Assembly: GCF_006345805.1 (NCBI RefSeq)
Contig: NC_042997.1
Span: forward strand, 100,254,001 to 100,318,000
DNA length: 64,000 bases
Reading direction: 5' to 3'
DNA from: Octopus sinensis
Taxonomy: Eukaryota
Below, in pieces: positions 1-13,992 of this stretch. Positions within the stretch are counted from its first letter, which is position 1; each line of letters starts with the position of its first letter. Under the pieces are notes generated by a model that saw nothing but the letters and a program-made list of their open reading frames with translations, made no database searches and was not told where the DNA came from. A program made the translations under genes and the position numbers.

Positions 1-59
1 GAGAGAGGTACGCACACACAGATATATTTATAAATAGACATGTATATACCTTAACTTTT

Positions 60-370
60 GTTTTGTCTCACCTCACGAGCTATGGCTAAGCTGGATCATC
101 ATCAATGTTGCTACACTTTTTACTGATCTTCCTCCTTTAGTGGGCATTTGGTGAATGAGGGAGTTCGAAGTTGCAGCCTTCAGTTGTGTTTCTTGCCATG
201 AAGTAAGCTCGTGGTTCTAGAGGGAGAGGTCTAGTTGCTTCTTGAAAACTTCTCCCACTACAATGTGCATGTCTCTTTACATAGGATACTGAAAAGCTAT
301 AGGCCTTTGAACCCTAAGCGACTGCATTATCTACTCCTCAAATTGGAAGGCAAGGATGGGATACACACAA
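60..370 (-). mobile_element. CR1/Jockey-like LINE 3' end remnant
   Basis: Minus-strand remnants FKKQLD and AATSNSLIHQ, typical of this ORF2 C-terminus. Confidence 0.55.
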
Positions 371-811
371 CGTATATATGCGAGGGCATATATACATATA
401 TATATATACACACATAAATAAATATATATATATTATACAGTCTCACATCTATTTATACATAGATATCAACATCTACAACGGAATGAATGAAAAGGTAAAC
501 AATTAGCATCAGTTTAGAGCATGAAATTTATACAACTAAACATAATTGTAGAGGTATTACAATAGGGTTGTTAGAATACATTATATCATAGAAACAAGGA
601 AGGTGTGCAGACAGTCTCTTACAGCTGTTTCCAGAATAGATGTACATACAGCATGTTCTCAGAAGACAGATAAGTTTTCCATATATTAGTGGACTATTCT
701 ATCGGAGAAGAATTGACATGTGTCTGTTTGTATCACACACACATATATGTATCTGTTTAGTGCTGACCATCAGAAACACGAAAAAGTACTTATTTTATTT
801 TGACTGATGGT

Positions 812-1030
812 GGCAAGCTGGTAGAGCCATTAGCATGCCAGGCATAGTGCTTGAGCCATTAGCATGCCAGGCATAGTGCTTAAGAGCATTTTAGCCATCT
901 TTACGTTGAGTTCAAATTCCGCCAAGACTGACTTTGTCTTTCATCCTTTCAGGGTCAATAAAATAAGTACAACTTGAACACTGGGGGTTGGTTTAATCAA
1001 CTTTTTCTTCCTTCTAAATTACTGATCTTG
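812..1030 (+). mobile_element. tRNA-derived SINE with a 29-bp tandem duplication
   Basis: A-box/B-box-like head (gagttcaaattcc); gagccattagcatgccaggcatagtgctt occurs twice at 824-881. Confidence 0.6.
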
Positions 1031-1179
1031 TACCAAAATTTGAAATCAATATTTCATTTTGATCAAGCCAGTCTCTTGCTGCTCTGAGTTTTACCTATGG
1101 ATGCACAGTCTTCAGGAAAGTTACAACAGCATTTGTTTTGTTCCCATTTTGAATGTAACAGAACTTTCTTTCTAACCTT

Positions 1180-1352
1180 GTGTGTGTGTACACATATATA
1201 CACACACATGTATATGTGTTTGTATACATATATACACACACATGTATATGTGTTTGTATACATATATACATGAATATATATCTATACACATATAAGTACA
1301 TATATATAAAAATACATATATACATATGTATGTATGTATGTATGTATGTATA
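1180..1352. repeat. Compound (CA)/(TA)/(TATG) microsatellite
   Basis: Directly visible; source of several spurious ORFs. Confidence 0.9.
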
Positions 1353-1529
1353 CCTTACACAAAGTGGCTGGTGTTAGGAATTGCATGCAGTCATAGAAAC
1401 CATGCCAAAGCTGACAGTTGAGCTTGACACAGTTTCCTGGTTTGCCACCTACTGTCAAAAACCATCCAACCCATGCCAACATGGAAATAATGTTGATATA
1501 AAGATATATTAGGAGTATCAAATCAGCAT

Positions 1530-2520
1530 AAAACATAACTATATTTATCCATTGAAATATAATCACCATAGTTAGCAATAACACCTTTCCACTTTGAAAC
1601 CAGTTTTCTGATTCCTTGAGCAAAACAAAATCAGGCTCTTTAGAAGAGAGAAATGTGTGGTGTGCCACTCTTCTAAATGTTTTCCACTGGCAAAGTGTTA
1701 ACTGACCTGAATAAATGAAAATCTCATGGTACTAGGTCTGGTGAGTAGGTAAAGTGAGGTAGAACTTCCTAGCGTTATGAATTTATCTTTTCTTGAATTA
1801 CCTACATTGTGGCCTTGCATTATTATGTGAAAGGATGATGACTCCTCTCTTGACTAGAAATGGTTTGTTTTTTTGACTCACACATTCAAGTTGTTGACAA
1901 AGTTCTGCAGTAATGCTTTTCCCTTGCTCCAATAATTCAAGGTGGACATTACTTAATGTGTTCTACTTTGGATGTTGAAACTGGATTTTCATTGCTGACT
2001 TCAAGGCTTAAGAATAAAGAGCATTACTTCTTATGTTTATTGCTGGCATAGACTATCCATTTCTCATCATTTAATACAATTCAATTAAGAAAAGGTGTTT
2101 GTTCATTCTTCATTTGCAAATTATTGAATGTACTGTTTCATTTTCTATACAATTTCCCAATGTACTTGAGATAATTTTGCACAGTGAATCAAGGTTCAAA
2201 CCTCTGGGACAAGTCTCCAAGACTCTGGTGCAGATCTTGAACTGCTGTTTCAATGTGTCACTATTGAAAACAATTGGTTTTTCTGATTGATACTCATGTA
2301 AAAAAATATCAAAATCAGTTTTTGAATATGTTAAACCACTTTTAGCATTTCTGAATACTCACACCATCAGAATATACTGTACATTTGTTTTCCCCTGCAG
2401 GTGTTGCAAAAATATGCAATGCTAAATATGCATCATGCTAAAGTCCTTGTATTTCACAGGCTATCAAATAGAGCATATACAAACAATGTTTGTCCCCATT
2501 AATACTTAGTCATTAACACT
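1530..2520 (-). mobile_element. Degenerate mariner (Tc1/mariner D,D34D-type) transposon
   Basis: Minus-strand remnants VQDLHQS..QRF..TVQNYLKYIGK, NDEKWIVY (about 2051-2079), HNNARP and YSPDLVP..DFHLFRS (about 1700-1750), with stops and frameshifts. Confidence 0.8.
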
Positions 2521-2574
2521 ATGCTGATTGGTTGATTATAAGTACATCTTTTATCAACTTGTAACCTATTTGTG

Positions 2575-2860
2575 ATATGACAGACTGGTACATCAGTTAT
2601 GACGATGAGGGTTCCAGTCGATCCAATCAATCAAACAGCTTTCTTGTGAAATTAACATGCAAGTAGCTGAGCAGTCCACAAATATGTGTACCTTTAACGT
2701 AGTCCTCAGGGAGATTCAGTGTAACACTTATTGTGTCAAGACTGGCCCTTTGAAATACAGATACTACTCATTTTTGTAAGCCAAGTGGACTGGAGCAATG
2801 TGCAATAAAGTGTCTGGCTCAAGAATACACATGAGCTGAATACCCTAACCACTAAGGCCA
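2575..2860 (-). mobile_element. SINE
   Basis: Head is the reverse complement of the 32200/33753 family head. Confidence 0.55.
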
Positions 2861-3142
2861 CATGACATGACAGACTATTTGCTTGAAAATACATTGCTTT
2901 TCAGTACTTCTATATACCTATCTACCTGTCAATTAATATATACAGAAATCCCTCACCATATTGCAGTTCACCTATTGTGCACTCAGTACATTGTGAATTT
3001 TTCTGACTAATATATGTAAATTTATATCGCAGACTCCTCAGTATATCCAGGTTTCTGCAGCTGTTAGGTATTTATATTTTTTTAAATTTTAATTATTTCT
3101 GTGGGAGGTTTTGGAATGTAACACCTGCGATAGTTGAGGGAT

Positions 3143-3179
<37 letters not shown>

Positions 3180-3182
3180 CTT

Positions 3183-3560
3183 CTGTGGAATGACTAGGGA
3201 ATCTCATTTGAAGCAAAACTTAATGTTTATGAAGCTGCAGTCCTTTCTGCTTTCCTGTGCAGAATGGAATCTTGGGTGTCCTATCAATCACATATCAAAT
3301 AAGCTTGATGTCTTTCATAAGCAATGCCTTGGGACCATTTGCAGATACAGCCTGGATAACAGAATTTTTAATATTGACTTAATCTCTAAATGTAAAATAG
3401 GTGGTATTGAGTCCTTTGCATTGTAATCTCAAGATCGATTGATCTTGTTCTCAGAATGAGTGTCAACAGAATTCAAAAATCCCTCATGTATAGCCAGTCC
3501 CATGATGGAAGAAGTGTAGGAAAACCATGGTTAAGCTAACCTGAAAGTGAGAAAGGCTGC
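3183..3560 (+). mobile_element. Old RTE (BovB-like) LINE fragment
   Basis: Frameshifted KLNVYEAAVLSA, LDVFHKQCLGTICRYSLDNRIFNIDLISKCKIGGIES and RMSVNRI..GKPWL; follows a (TA)n tract. Confidence 0.75.
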
Positions 3561-4429
3561 ATAGAATCATAATGAACATAGGTGAACTTGCTACAAAACC
3601 ATAATTAACTATGAATTAAGCTGTATGGATCATTTTAAAGAACTGAGAGCAAAGACAAGAGTTGCTTAGTGTAACAATCATTCATGGCCCATCTGAAAAT
3701 TGTTGGCTTGATTAAAGTCTCATAAGAGACAGACATTAGAATGAAAAAATCAAAAGAAATAAAAGAAAAAAAGACTGATGGACCCTCATTTGTGAAAATC
3801 AATGAGAAAATCTGCTATATTCTTTTAAAAATAGCACAACCATACAATCACTACTTTTTGTTTACTGTCAATAACTTCACCAAAAGAAGCGCCTTCATTT
3901 GTCAACTTAGAATTTGTGTTCCATTATGTCAACACAGTCCTTTAAGGTTAATCGAAGGGAAGATGTCTATATTCTTGAGCCTTGAAGTTAGCAATTCAGG
4001 AGTCAACAAAATACTCAAGACAAGTAGCATAAATGGCAGTTGAGACCAAAATTTTTTCAACTCTAAAAATATATAAATGGAAAATATTTACCAAATTTTT
4101 AAAATGTTGAAACTTTTTTTCTTATAAATCTTGATATAAAAACATTCCAGGAAAACATATTCATATCTAAATACACAAACATACCAATTTGTTGCTGCTA
4201 CGTAGCCATAGGTCACTCAAACTCAGATAGAACACATCAATGATTCAAAGTCATTCCAGCCATAACCAGGCCATCCTTTCATTTGGAATAGTATAACATG
4301 TCCAATATGTGTCCTTTCAAAAGATAGTAGTGTATGATTTGAGGAAAATTTGTTCATTCTAAAAGGTTGGATGTAGGGGCTCCTCCATTTGGCCTGACAT
4401 ACACTGTATTGGTAACATGCAGTAACTAT

Positions 4430-4620
4430 CCTTTTAGCATTCAGATTACTGTCAAATGTAATGCTCATTTATTCAGCTTGTTTTGAAATAATGATGTATT
4501 ATTTTGTAGCTTAAAGATTTCAATAATGTGATTGTTTATTCTTAGAGTGACATTGTAGGACAAGGTATAAGAGGCTGGATCTAGTCATGTAGAATATTTG
4601 AGCCTGATATGGATTTGGTA
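4430..4620 (+). mobile_element. MITE family A, truncated
   Basis: cttttagcattcagatta... homologous to the other A copies. Confidence 0.6.
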
Positions 4621-4769
4621 GACAGAAACTGTCAAGTGTTAAAGAAAGCACTTTGGCCAATGCTCACTAGCCAGAACTACATCCATGCACAGATTTTACA
4701 CTATAGGAATTAACCTACAGAAATTCAAGCTTACTATCAACTAGAAATGAATTAAAAAAGTGTCTATAT

Positions 4770-4992
4770 TTAACCCTTTAAATATTTAAACTGGCCATAT
4801 CAGGCCCAAATATTTTACCTGTTTTATGTTCAAACTAGCCAGATCGAGCCTCTCATCCTACCCTACAATTCATTCTAAAAAAATAAAGGACCACATCATT
4901 GAAATTTCATGGCTATGAGATAAATGTGCGATTAATAAAAAGCAATGTGAATAAGCATTACATTTGACAGAGTAAACTGAATTCTAAGGGGT
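4770..4992 (-). mobile_element. MITE family A
   Basis: TTAACCCTTT start; reverse complement of the A consensus. Confidence 0.7.
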
Positions 4993-6065
4993 TCGGGAGT
5001 TGGTTTTTAAGAAAAGTTCAACATTATAAAGATAACAGATTTACTAAATCACTCAATGGTGCACTAAGTCTTATATTCTTTGAATTTTCAAATGTAGATA
5101 AAGTTATTGGCAAGTTTAATCTTCTCAGAGAAGGACAGAGGGAGAAAGAATTAAAAGTGAGAGGAGTTACAGCCTAAAATATTGGGTTTGGGAAATGCCT
5201 GAGAGTTGTTTTCACTGTGATAGCATAGAAAGGAATTCTGCTTATACTGATCTAACATATGCTAGAAGAGGAAACTATTTCTTCCTAGCAACTCTCTTAT
5301 AGAAACTCAGTAGCTGAGCATTCCACAAACACTTATATGTTTTTAATTAAATATTTGAGTAAACTCAGCATGACATTCTTTGGCCTCCAACTTGCAGTCA
5401 CCGTCTATCTAACAGGTGACTTGAGTTTCTATCTACTCAATTTCATTTTCAAGGCAATTGAAGCAAGGGCAAGGAACATGACACTTGCCCAAGATGATGT
5501 ACATTGTGATTAAATGCTGAACTCTGCAAATGGAAAGCTTTTTAATCATTCAGTCATGCATGAATATCTCTCTCCCTATATATAAACATAGAAAGAGATG
5601 AGATACTTTCCAATAAAACACTGAATTTCACATTTCTGGGAATTATTTGATGTTTTTTTCTGTAACAAGTGTGCATGTTATATGTCAAATATATAAAATT
5701 TGTTGGCAGTTTGTGTATCTATTTTTTCCAGGACAAGTCAAGACTGGCTTCTTGAAATCACAAACATCTGGTAAACCATGTATTACAATGGTTAGAGTAA
5801 TGTGTGTCTGCCACAATGAAATACCACAACTTGCATACAGTTTCCTTGCTTATGAGAGCACAAGGAATATGTAACATAAGCAGAAGCAATCGTAACCTTC
5901 CAGTCCATGTAGTTGCATCCTCCACTTAAATATAGGTCTTGCTATATTGGTGTTTGTCTTCACCACTCTGGGAGCCCATAACAGGAAGGCACTACATCTT
6001 AAAAGGAGAGGAAAGAAGTACAAAATATAGTCATGCTTGATAGCAAGTCAATAGACACCATATAT

Positions 6066-6520
6066 ATCATCATTTAATGTCTGCTTTCCATGCTGGTATG
6101 GGCTGAATGGTTTGACTGAAAACTGGTAAGCAGATGGGTGGGTGCTGCACCAAGTTCCAATCTGATTTGGCACAATTTCTATGGCTTGATGCCCTTCCTA
6201 ATGCCAACCACTCTGAGAGTGTAGTGAGTGCTTTTTATGTGCCACCAACATAGGTGCCATTGACCTGACACCGGTATCAGCCATAGCTACAATTTCACTT
6301 GGCTTGACAGGTCAACACAAGCATAGTATATCACCAAGAGTCTAGGTCACCTGTCACTGCCTCCATGAGACCCAACACTCGAATGGTGCTTTTTATGTGC
6401 CACTGGCATGTGTACCAGTCAGATGGCACTGGTGTCAGCCACAACTATGATCTCACTTAGCTTCATGTCACTGACTCCATGAGGCCCAACACGCAAAGGG
6501 TACTTTTTACATGACCCCAG
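6066..6520 (-). mobile_element. Older RTE-tail/SINE copy with tandem units
   Basis: catcatttaatgtctgctttccatg..., homologous to the young tails. Confidence 0.65.
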
Positions 6521-6533
6521 CACATAATTATAT

Positions 6534-6680
6534 ATCATCATCATCATCGTTTAATGTCCGTTCTCCATGCTAGCATGGGTTGGACGGTTCAACCGGGGAT
6601 CTGGGAAGCCAGAAGGCTGCACCAGGCTACAGTCTTATCTGGCAATGTTTCTACAGCTGGATGCCCTTCCTAACGCCAAC
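6534..6680 (-). mobile_element. Young RTE 3' tail, inserted in TA repeat
   Basis: Nearly identical to the 3' end of the 57863 LINE; (ATC)n tail; TA repeats on both sides. Confidence 0.85.
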
Positions 6681-9600
6681 TATATATATATATATATATA
6701 TATATAGTTATATGGTGGGGGCACGTAAAATCATATATATAAATCAGCATGAAGACCTCAATGACAAATATTAGTTAAAGGCTGAATGCTATTTTAAAAA
6801 AATGTAGTGTTCAGGGAAATTATAAATAACCATACTATCTTTGTGCATGATAGAAAATTAGCATTTCTTTTTCAGTTTTTCAGGCTATTCCTTAATTTTT
6901 AAAAATTTTATATTAACTTTGTTAAAGCTATCTTTTCATTATTTGGAACATCTGAAGTAGTACAAACCCTTTCACAACTAAAACGCAACTTTAAAAAACC
7001 CAAAGAGAGAAATATTTTGTATTAATTATTAGCTAAACTGAATGTATCCACAAAAGATATAATCAACACATGACTCATTGGACATCACTTTTCCTACTTA
7101 ATTTGAAGGAAAGGAGTAGATTAATTTTTGTAAAATCTATCCCAAAAGACTATAGAGCACACAATAGAGTTCAAGTTATAATTGAGGATAGAATGAGTGA
7201 TGCTAGAACTGATATTTATCATGCTATTTGTGAAGCTTGTTATGTATGATATTTAGAATGCTATTTGTTGCTTAAACTTCTGAAAATCTTATTTAGTGGA
7301 AGGGAAAAGAGCACATCTTACAGAATGCAATATATGAATATATCAATAGATGATTGCACAAGTAATATTTCAAATCTTCTATTAATAAATCTTTTAACAT
7401 TCCTATTTCAAATCACGATCAAGATTTTCATCTTGAAAATAATTATCAGAAGTGACCTAATTCTGAACACCAGAGGAAAATAATATACACTTCCTTATCT
7501 CATGAACAACTTCCAATTGAATATCTCTCATTCATGCCACACAATTTCCTTATAAAAATGAAAAGAAAATAAGAATTATTTTCAAAATCAAAGACTATCT
7601 TGTTTGTGAACAATTGTTTACTATTTGTAAAGATGAAATTTTCTTGTATTTTTACTCCCACACATTTAACTAAATTGAACTGATTGAGTACATTTATCAC
7701 TAATTCTTCCAATCTCTGGCTCATTGCCATCCTTAGTATTCTCTTCAACATCAATTAGTACACCAAATTCAACTATTCAACTTGCTTATAGCACCAGAAT
7801 CTCAATGAAGATGCCTCATAGACATGTTCACTGTAACTAGTCAAACCCAATACATCAACTTCCAAACTTTCAAGCTCACAAAAGAACCTTTACAAGTCAC
7901 GCAGTTATTAAAAATAGATGTTAAATCCCCTAAACTACATTCTATCAACATAAGAACAAATTCAATGATGTATTTCAAGGTAGACTCTGAAGAAAGCTAA
8001 AAGACAAGACAGTCAAAGGTGGACTACTTTTGAACATGGGTTTGCTTGATCTCGGGGATAGAACAACCTCCAAAACTTTGTTCTGAACAGTATTATCCAA
8101 AAAACTCTTCAACATTAATAAATTCCTTCAACCCACTTTCTATGTACAAAAGGCTTATCATACCAAAATATAATTATAGCAATAAAAAATTTACTTATAC
8201 ACCAACAAAATGTTTTAAGGGCAATAAGATGTTTTAAAGATCAACTAGATGGTTTAAGAGCCAAAACTAAATTTTATGAAGCTAACACAACTACCAATCA
8301 TTTTAGAGAATTCAGTCAAGAAAGTTTTCAGATTTGAACAAGCAACTACATACAGCTAAGATTGTTGTGCATTTTAAAAGATGAAAATGCTCTAAAATGC
8401 GGGTAACCAAATTACTTTGCACAAAAACAAATTATTACAATACTTCATTCACAATTTCATTATCCAGCTATAATATTTTCTTACAGAAATACTGTCTTCT
8501 ATATTAGATATTTCTTTGACTAAATCAAAGTAATTACATTCAGTGTTTAAAATGTTTTTTTCTAAATTTTCCTAATTCCTAATAAAAAAATTTTCTTTCA
8601 AAATATGTAATCAAAAATATAATTGATGAAGAAAAACTCTATATGAAAAAATCAAATAATCTTCAAACAATCAACCCAACACAAATGTTTAAAATGCAAG
8701 TTACTCGATTTTATTGCTCAAATATAAATGTTATAGATTACAAAAGTTATATATATGCCTTCAGAATCTTGTCTAATTGTTTCTTCTAATAAAAATTAAA
8801 TCTAAATTAGAAACTATAAGCAGCTAAAATTGATTTGTATATTAACAAAGCAAACCAGAGAATATATTTTCAGCTATATAATTCAATTATTATTCTTAGA
8901 AAAATCAAACTTACTCAATGTGTCCAAACTATATTCAATATGTTAATCTACCAAAATGAGAAACGTGCAAAACAATCCATACTCAATGAAATGTTACATG
9001 ATAATTGTGGGTTGGGGTGCTAATTGACAAGGTAATATGCTTGGTCTAGATTATAAATTATAATTTGGAATTATGCTGATAATAGGTATTAAGCTATCTG
9101 GCCTCCTTTAAACTAAAAGAAAATTACCATTCCACTAAAAATGGAATTTAAGTAAGCTTATTATTCAAAAATATAAGCAAAAGAATTTTTTAAATAAATT
9201 CAGACACTAGATTAAATTAAACCAAATTACACACACACATCAGGAGAATGTTTTTTCTAAACAGACTTCAAAATACCTGTAGAGATTTCTGGAACAGAAA
9301 TGAAACTAACAATGTTCAACAGTTTAGAAAGTATATCTGATATTTTATTGGCCTTTAACTTTTATAGATGTTCCTACTAAAAGCACACCTGATGACACAC
9401 ACGTTCTAATTAATTGGCCTTTCATTAAAAAGCATTTGGCAGACTTTAAACAAAAGACAGACTTTGAACAAAATCAAAAATTCTGAATTTGTTAATACTG
9501 ATAGATAGCAGCTCTACACAGTTTATTTATTTATTTAGATCTGAATCAATCATTTACAATTATTTCTATGCCGCTTTTAACACTAACCCAAAACAAAACA

Positions 9601-12600
9601 AAAAAGAAAAAAAATCAATAAGTATTCCTGAAGCTTAAGAGAATATCTGATAGCATATCCAGCTTCAATTCAGTCTCTATATTCTTTTGATTAATATTGA
9701 ATGAATACAAAATCTATTAACCTTATTGAATAACTAGGCCATGAACACAAGCAATAGTGTAGCAAAATTTAGCAGGTTCCAAGGCCAGAAAAATGTGTTC
9801 CTTCCCTCAAATGCTATGCAAGAAGAAAATTGGTAAATTCAAAATTTAGTGAAGCTGAATTCTAATTATTTTGATGACATTAACAATACAATTTTAGTAA
9901 ATCAATTTTAAATCTTCTTTGGCAAACAGTCATTAAAAAATACAGAAATCACCATTATGAATTATTATAATCTGTACTAAAAGTACCAAAATACCATTTT
10001 AATATTGAAACTAATTCTAATGAATTCAACGAATCAAATGTGTGTAGACTGAGATGCAAATAAGTGAAATTGTATTATTAGATTACAAGAGGATGCTGAA
10101 AGCACAAAGGAAGGTTCAAATTATCTCAAGAAATTAAAAATGTAGTCAAGGATTATACTATTAAGATACTACTTTCTATCTTTCAATTACAATTTGACGG
10201 CAATAATTTTTTTTATGAATGATTTATTTCTAACACACCTGTTATAATATGTAGTCAACTTTATTTGCATGCTTTGTAGGAAAACTTTTATTTATTTTAG
10301 ATATATAACTACGTTTATCTGCACACAAAATGGAAAACGATTTTGACACTTTCATGAAAATGCAACATACAGAAAATTCATCTGCTATTGCCTGAGAGAG
10401 AGAGAAAGAGAGAGAGAGATCGTTTTCAAATAACCTTCATAATGGCAAATTCAAAGAGAAAATATAGATCAAAGAAAATCATTAGGAAACGTGTTAGTTA
10501 TGGAGTAAATGTGCTAGGTTTGCTGTTAACTGGAAACGAAACGAAAAAAGAAATTTTGATTAGATTTGCTTGAGATATAAAAACAAAGAGCACCTAGCAT
10601 TGAAACTATCTCTTAAGGCAAATAGTATGCTTTCGGTGATCTTTTATACACATTTGCCGACGTTGGCACGGTAGTCGACCGAATTAATTGTAACGAACCA
10701 TGCAGGTCTTTGTTTCGAAGAGTATTTGAAATGTTTAGCTTCATCTTCACGTGTATGATTAAGGCATTCATATATTCGGCATAGATTTAGTGAAATTAAA
10801 ATGGCAGATAATCGAGAGATGTAGGAATAACCGATAATTAAATAATAATAATAAAACGAAATTCATGAATACGAGAACATTTTGACAACACAACTCATGG
10901 ATACAAGATGGTATATAAACATCTAGATATGTAATTCAGATGTAAAATTGCAATAGCATCTTTTAATTGCTTTATTTATGCATATCCATTCTGCTAAAAA
11001 GAAAAACCAGTTCTATAAAATTAATGACTATTAGCCCCTTTGATTGTTCCCTACTTTAAACAAATATGAACAGAAAGGGAAAACGGGAATTAAAAAAAAG
11101 CAAGATATCTTCACTTTTTATCTAATGAGACTCAGTCATCTGCTATATTGGTCTTTATGAAGAGGGAGAAGCAGAATTGAAGGGGACTAGCCCAACCCTC
11201 CTACTGACAGGATTGCTACTACTGCTGAGCTACATACTGCATTACAAACCCCCTACAAATAATTATAAGCATGTAAAGATTGTGTCGCTTGCTGATATTT
11301 TTAATTCCGAACGGGAACTATCAAGCGAATTTAGTTAAAATCAATAAGAGAGCTCGACTGATATTGTGGGGGAAAATCTGCCTTTAATTGTCATTCACAG
11401 TAACATATAAAACATCTAACTAAACAAGGCTTATGTAAATAAAAATAATTAGACACGTTCTCAGAGATTAGCAAAGGAAAATGGAAATGACAAGAATGTG
11501 CGAAGCTGAAAGAGCGTGTGAGGGGAAAAAGAAAGACTAGGGAGGGGGAGTAAGAGGAAACGAGTAGAAATAAAGGAAAACCAGGAGAGGTGAAAGAGAC
11601 TGTGAGAATGAGAGTAGGATATAAAAGCATAGCGAGAACGTGCAGTAATACTAATAGGAAATGTAGGTGAGTTAGAAATAATAAAGCCGAGAGGAATCAC
11701 GGAAAAGAATTATATATATATGTGTGCGTGTGTGTGTGTGTATTTCTTTTTCGCGTTTTCTATCGTTTATGTAAACGAGAGAGAGCATGAAAGCGAGAGA
11801 AAAAAAAAAGGTGAATGACAAGGAAGAGAAGTTATAAGAAAACGAAAGAAGTCAAAAGGAAGTGAGGAAATGACAGAGCAACGGATTGTAAAGAGAATGA
11901 GAAAATTTACTTCTGAAAAGACTGAAGTGAACTGGAAAACTGGAAGGTAGAGGTTTGGGTAGAAAGACACTTTTTTCTTTTTCTTTTTTGTCTTTGGAAA
12001 ACAAAAGCAACGTCGAGATGCGCTGCCGACTAATTAAGCAGGCACTGCCATACTTTGTACTCACTTTCTAAAATGCAGGGGAAGAGGTAGGTTGACTTGC
12101 ATAATAATCATACTAGTTATTTTTGATAGAAGCAGTTGTAGAGAGAAAAAAAGTCTAGGATACAATAAAAGCAACACTACGTTGCCAATAATCAAAAGCA
12201 TGACAATAATTAATCTTCACTTTGAAAGTGGCATTACTGCAGATGATAAGGAGTGTGCAAGAGAAGTTGTGTGCGTGCTTTATTTATTTATTTTTTTCTG
12301 AAAAGGTTAAAGTGCTCTGAAAATAGTAATGTGAAACGAGATCAGAGTAGCTTTATAAAGCTGAATGGAGAATATTGATCAACATCGATAAAAATGGTTG
12401 CACTTTTTTTTTTTTCAAGTGATTGAGTGCATGCGTGTGTGTCTGGTTCTGTTGCGTTAAAGCAAGCAGACGTAGTTCGATGTGATGGAGCTCGTCAAAT
12501 GAAACAGCATGACAGCTCCTCCTCCCATGCCAACACGTGCTGCTGCTGCTGCTAGATAATACTGACAATAAAACAAACTTTCAGCACATTAAACGTTTTT

Positions 12601-13992
12601 AATTTTTTTCTTTCCGTATCTAAACACAATATAATTTCCCTATGTCTAATCTGTAATGGCGAAAATGTGAACTTTTAAAGAGGTAAACCAAAAACAAAGG
12701 TTTGGAAAAGCAAAGAAAAAATAAGCGATTTCTTTCTAATCGATATTTTTTTTTAATCGATAGTTTTCAGTAAACATAAACACTAAAACAAAGATTCAGA
12801 TAACACTACGAATTAAACAAAAACTACAAATCAAGTGAGAATGTAACCAGATTGTGGAAGTCTGGTTGTATGACATGTCAACTAAACTAGTAAGGAGTCA
12901 GTCACGCTATAACTACCTTCACCTATGCATATACATACATATAAATACACCTATCACTTATGAAAAAACATAAATATTTCGAAACAATTGTACAAAAAAG
13001 AAAAAATTGCAAAGCAGAGCATATGCAGGAATTTTTATCGCGTGTTCCTGAGCATAAATTGCAAATCCAAGCTTAAACCATGTTGACCAGACGCAATGAG
13101 ATAACGGAGAAAACAAAATGAAAGATGAGTAGTAGGCAAGGCAGAGACATTTTGTAAAGGGTAATAAAGAAGAAAGCTTAGGACAGGAAATTATTTTTGA
13201 ATCCCGGAAATCTGATAGATTACAACTGCTCAGAAGTGGGGGAAAAAAAAACATATCCGTGTTGTTGAGAGGAAAAGTTAGGAAAATATCACTCGAAGTA
13301 TATTGTGAAGAAGAAGAAGAAGAAAAAGGAAATAACCCATTACATATCCGACAAGTTGAGAATTTTATTGGATCAGAAGAATAAACAAACTTGTTTCTTT
13401 CTTAAGACTAGATTGTATAGATAGTATACTTGGAGCTGTTAAGCTGAGTGAAACAGTAATCAGCATTCAGTGAACACTGGAGAATGATGGTAGTGTGTAT
13501 GTGTGTGTATGCTTTGATCAATCGTTCGAAAAGTGTTGTGTTTGTAGTGTTGTAAAGTATTGTTTGCTTCAAGTGATATAATAATAATATAGTCTGTGTT
13601 ATATTCTGTTATAGTGTGCAAGAGTGGCATCCAATATTATGGCTAATCCAGTGTTCTATTTGTGTGTGTGTGTGCTCCATGTGATTTCTAAATAGAATTT
13701 ACAGCACTCTGGTAACCTATTTAGCAGTACTAAATAGGTTAACAGTGTTGGGGAATTTTGGCCGCTGACCAGCGTTACAGAACTGATGGAAAATACTTCG
13801 GTTAAAACGCAAACAGCGGTTTCAGTAGTATTGGACAATTAATGAGACAGAAAAAGAAGAGGAAAATAAAATGATATAAAAAATAAAAATGTAAATACGA
13901 AGGTAAAAAAAAAAAAGTGATTAGAGAGAGAACGAGAGAGTGAGAGAGAGGAGTAAAAGAAAACGGCGACAATGAAGTCTAGCGAGGAGTGG

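Noticed and set aside
1063-1377. Y/I/H/T/C/V-rich ORFs here and at 31240, 47802-48676 and 15020-15518
   Set aside because: Translations of TA/CA microsatellites.
11176-11195. miR-133-like string (minus strand GTCCCCTTCAA)
   Set aside because: Only an 11-nt core matches; both ends differ from mature miR-133 and I see no precursor hairpin.
11620-11672. Plus-strand TATAAAAG, cagt and AG|GTGAGT
   Set aside because: TATA-to-Inr spacing is only about 24 nt and the exon would be about 23 nt; too weak without expression data.
12557-12564. miR-8/200 seed site CAGTATTA on the minus strand
   Set aside because: Straddles the candidate acceptor, so it would be destroyed in spliced RNA; a single 8-mer is expected by chance.
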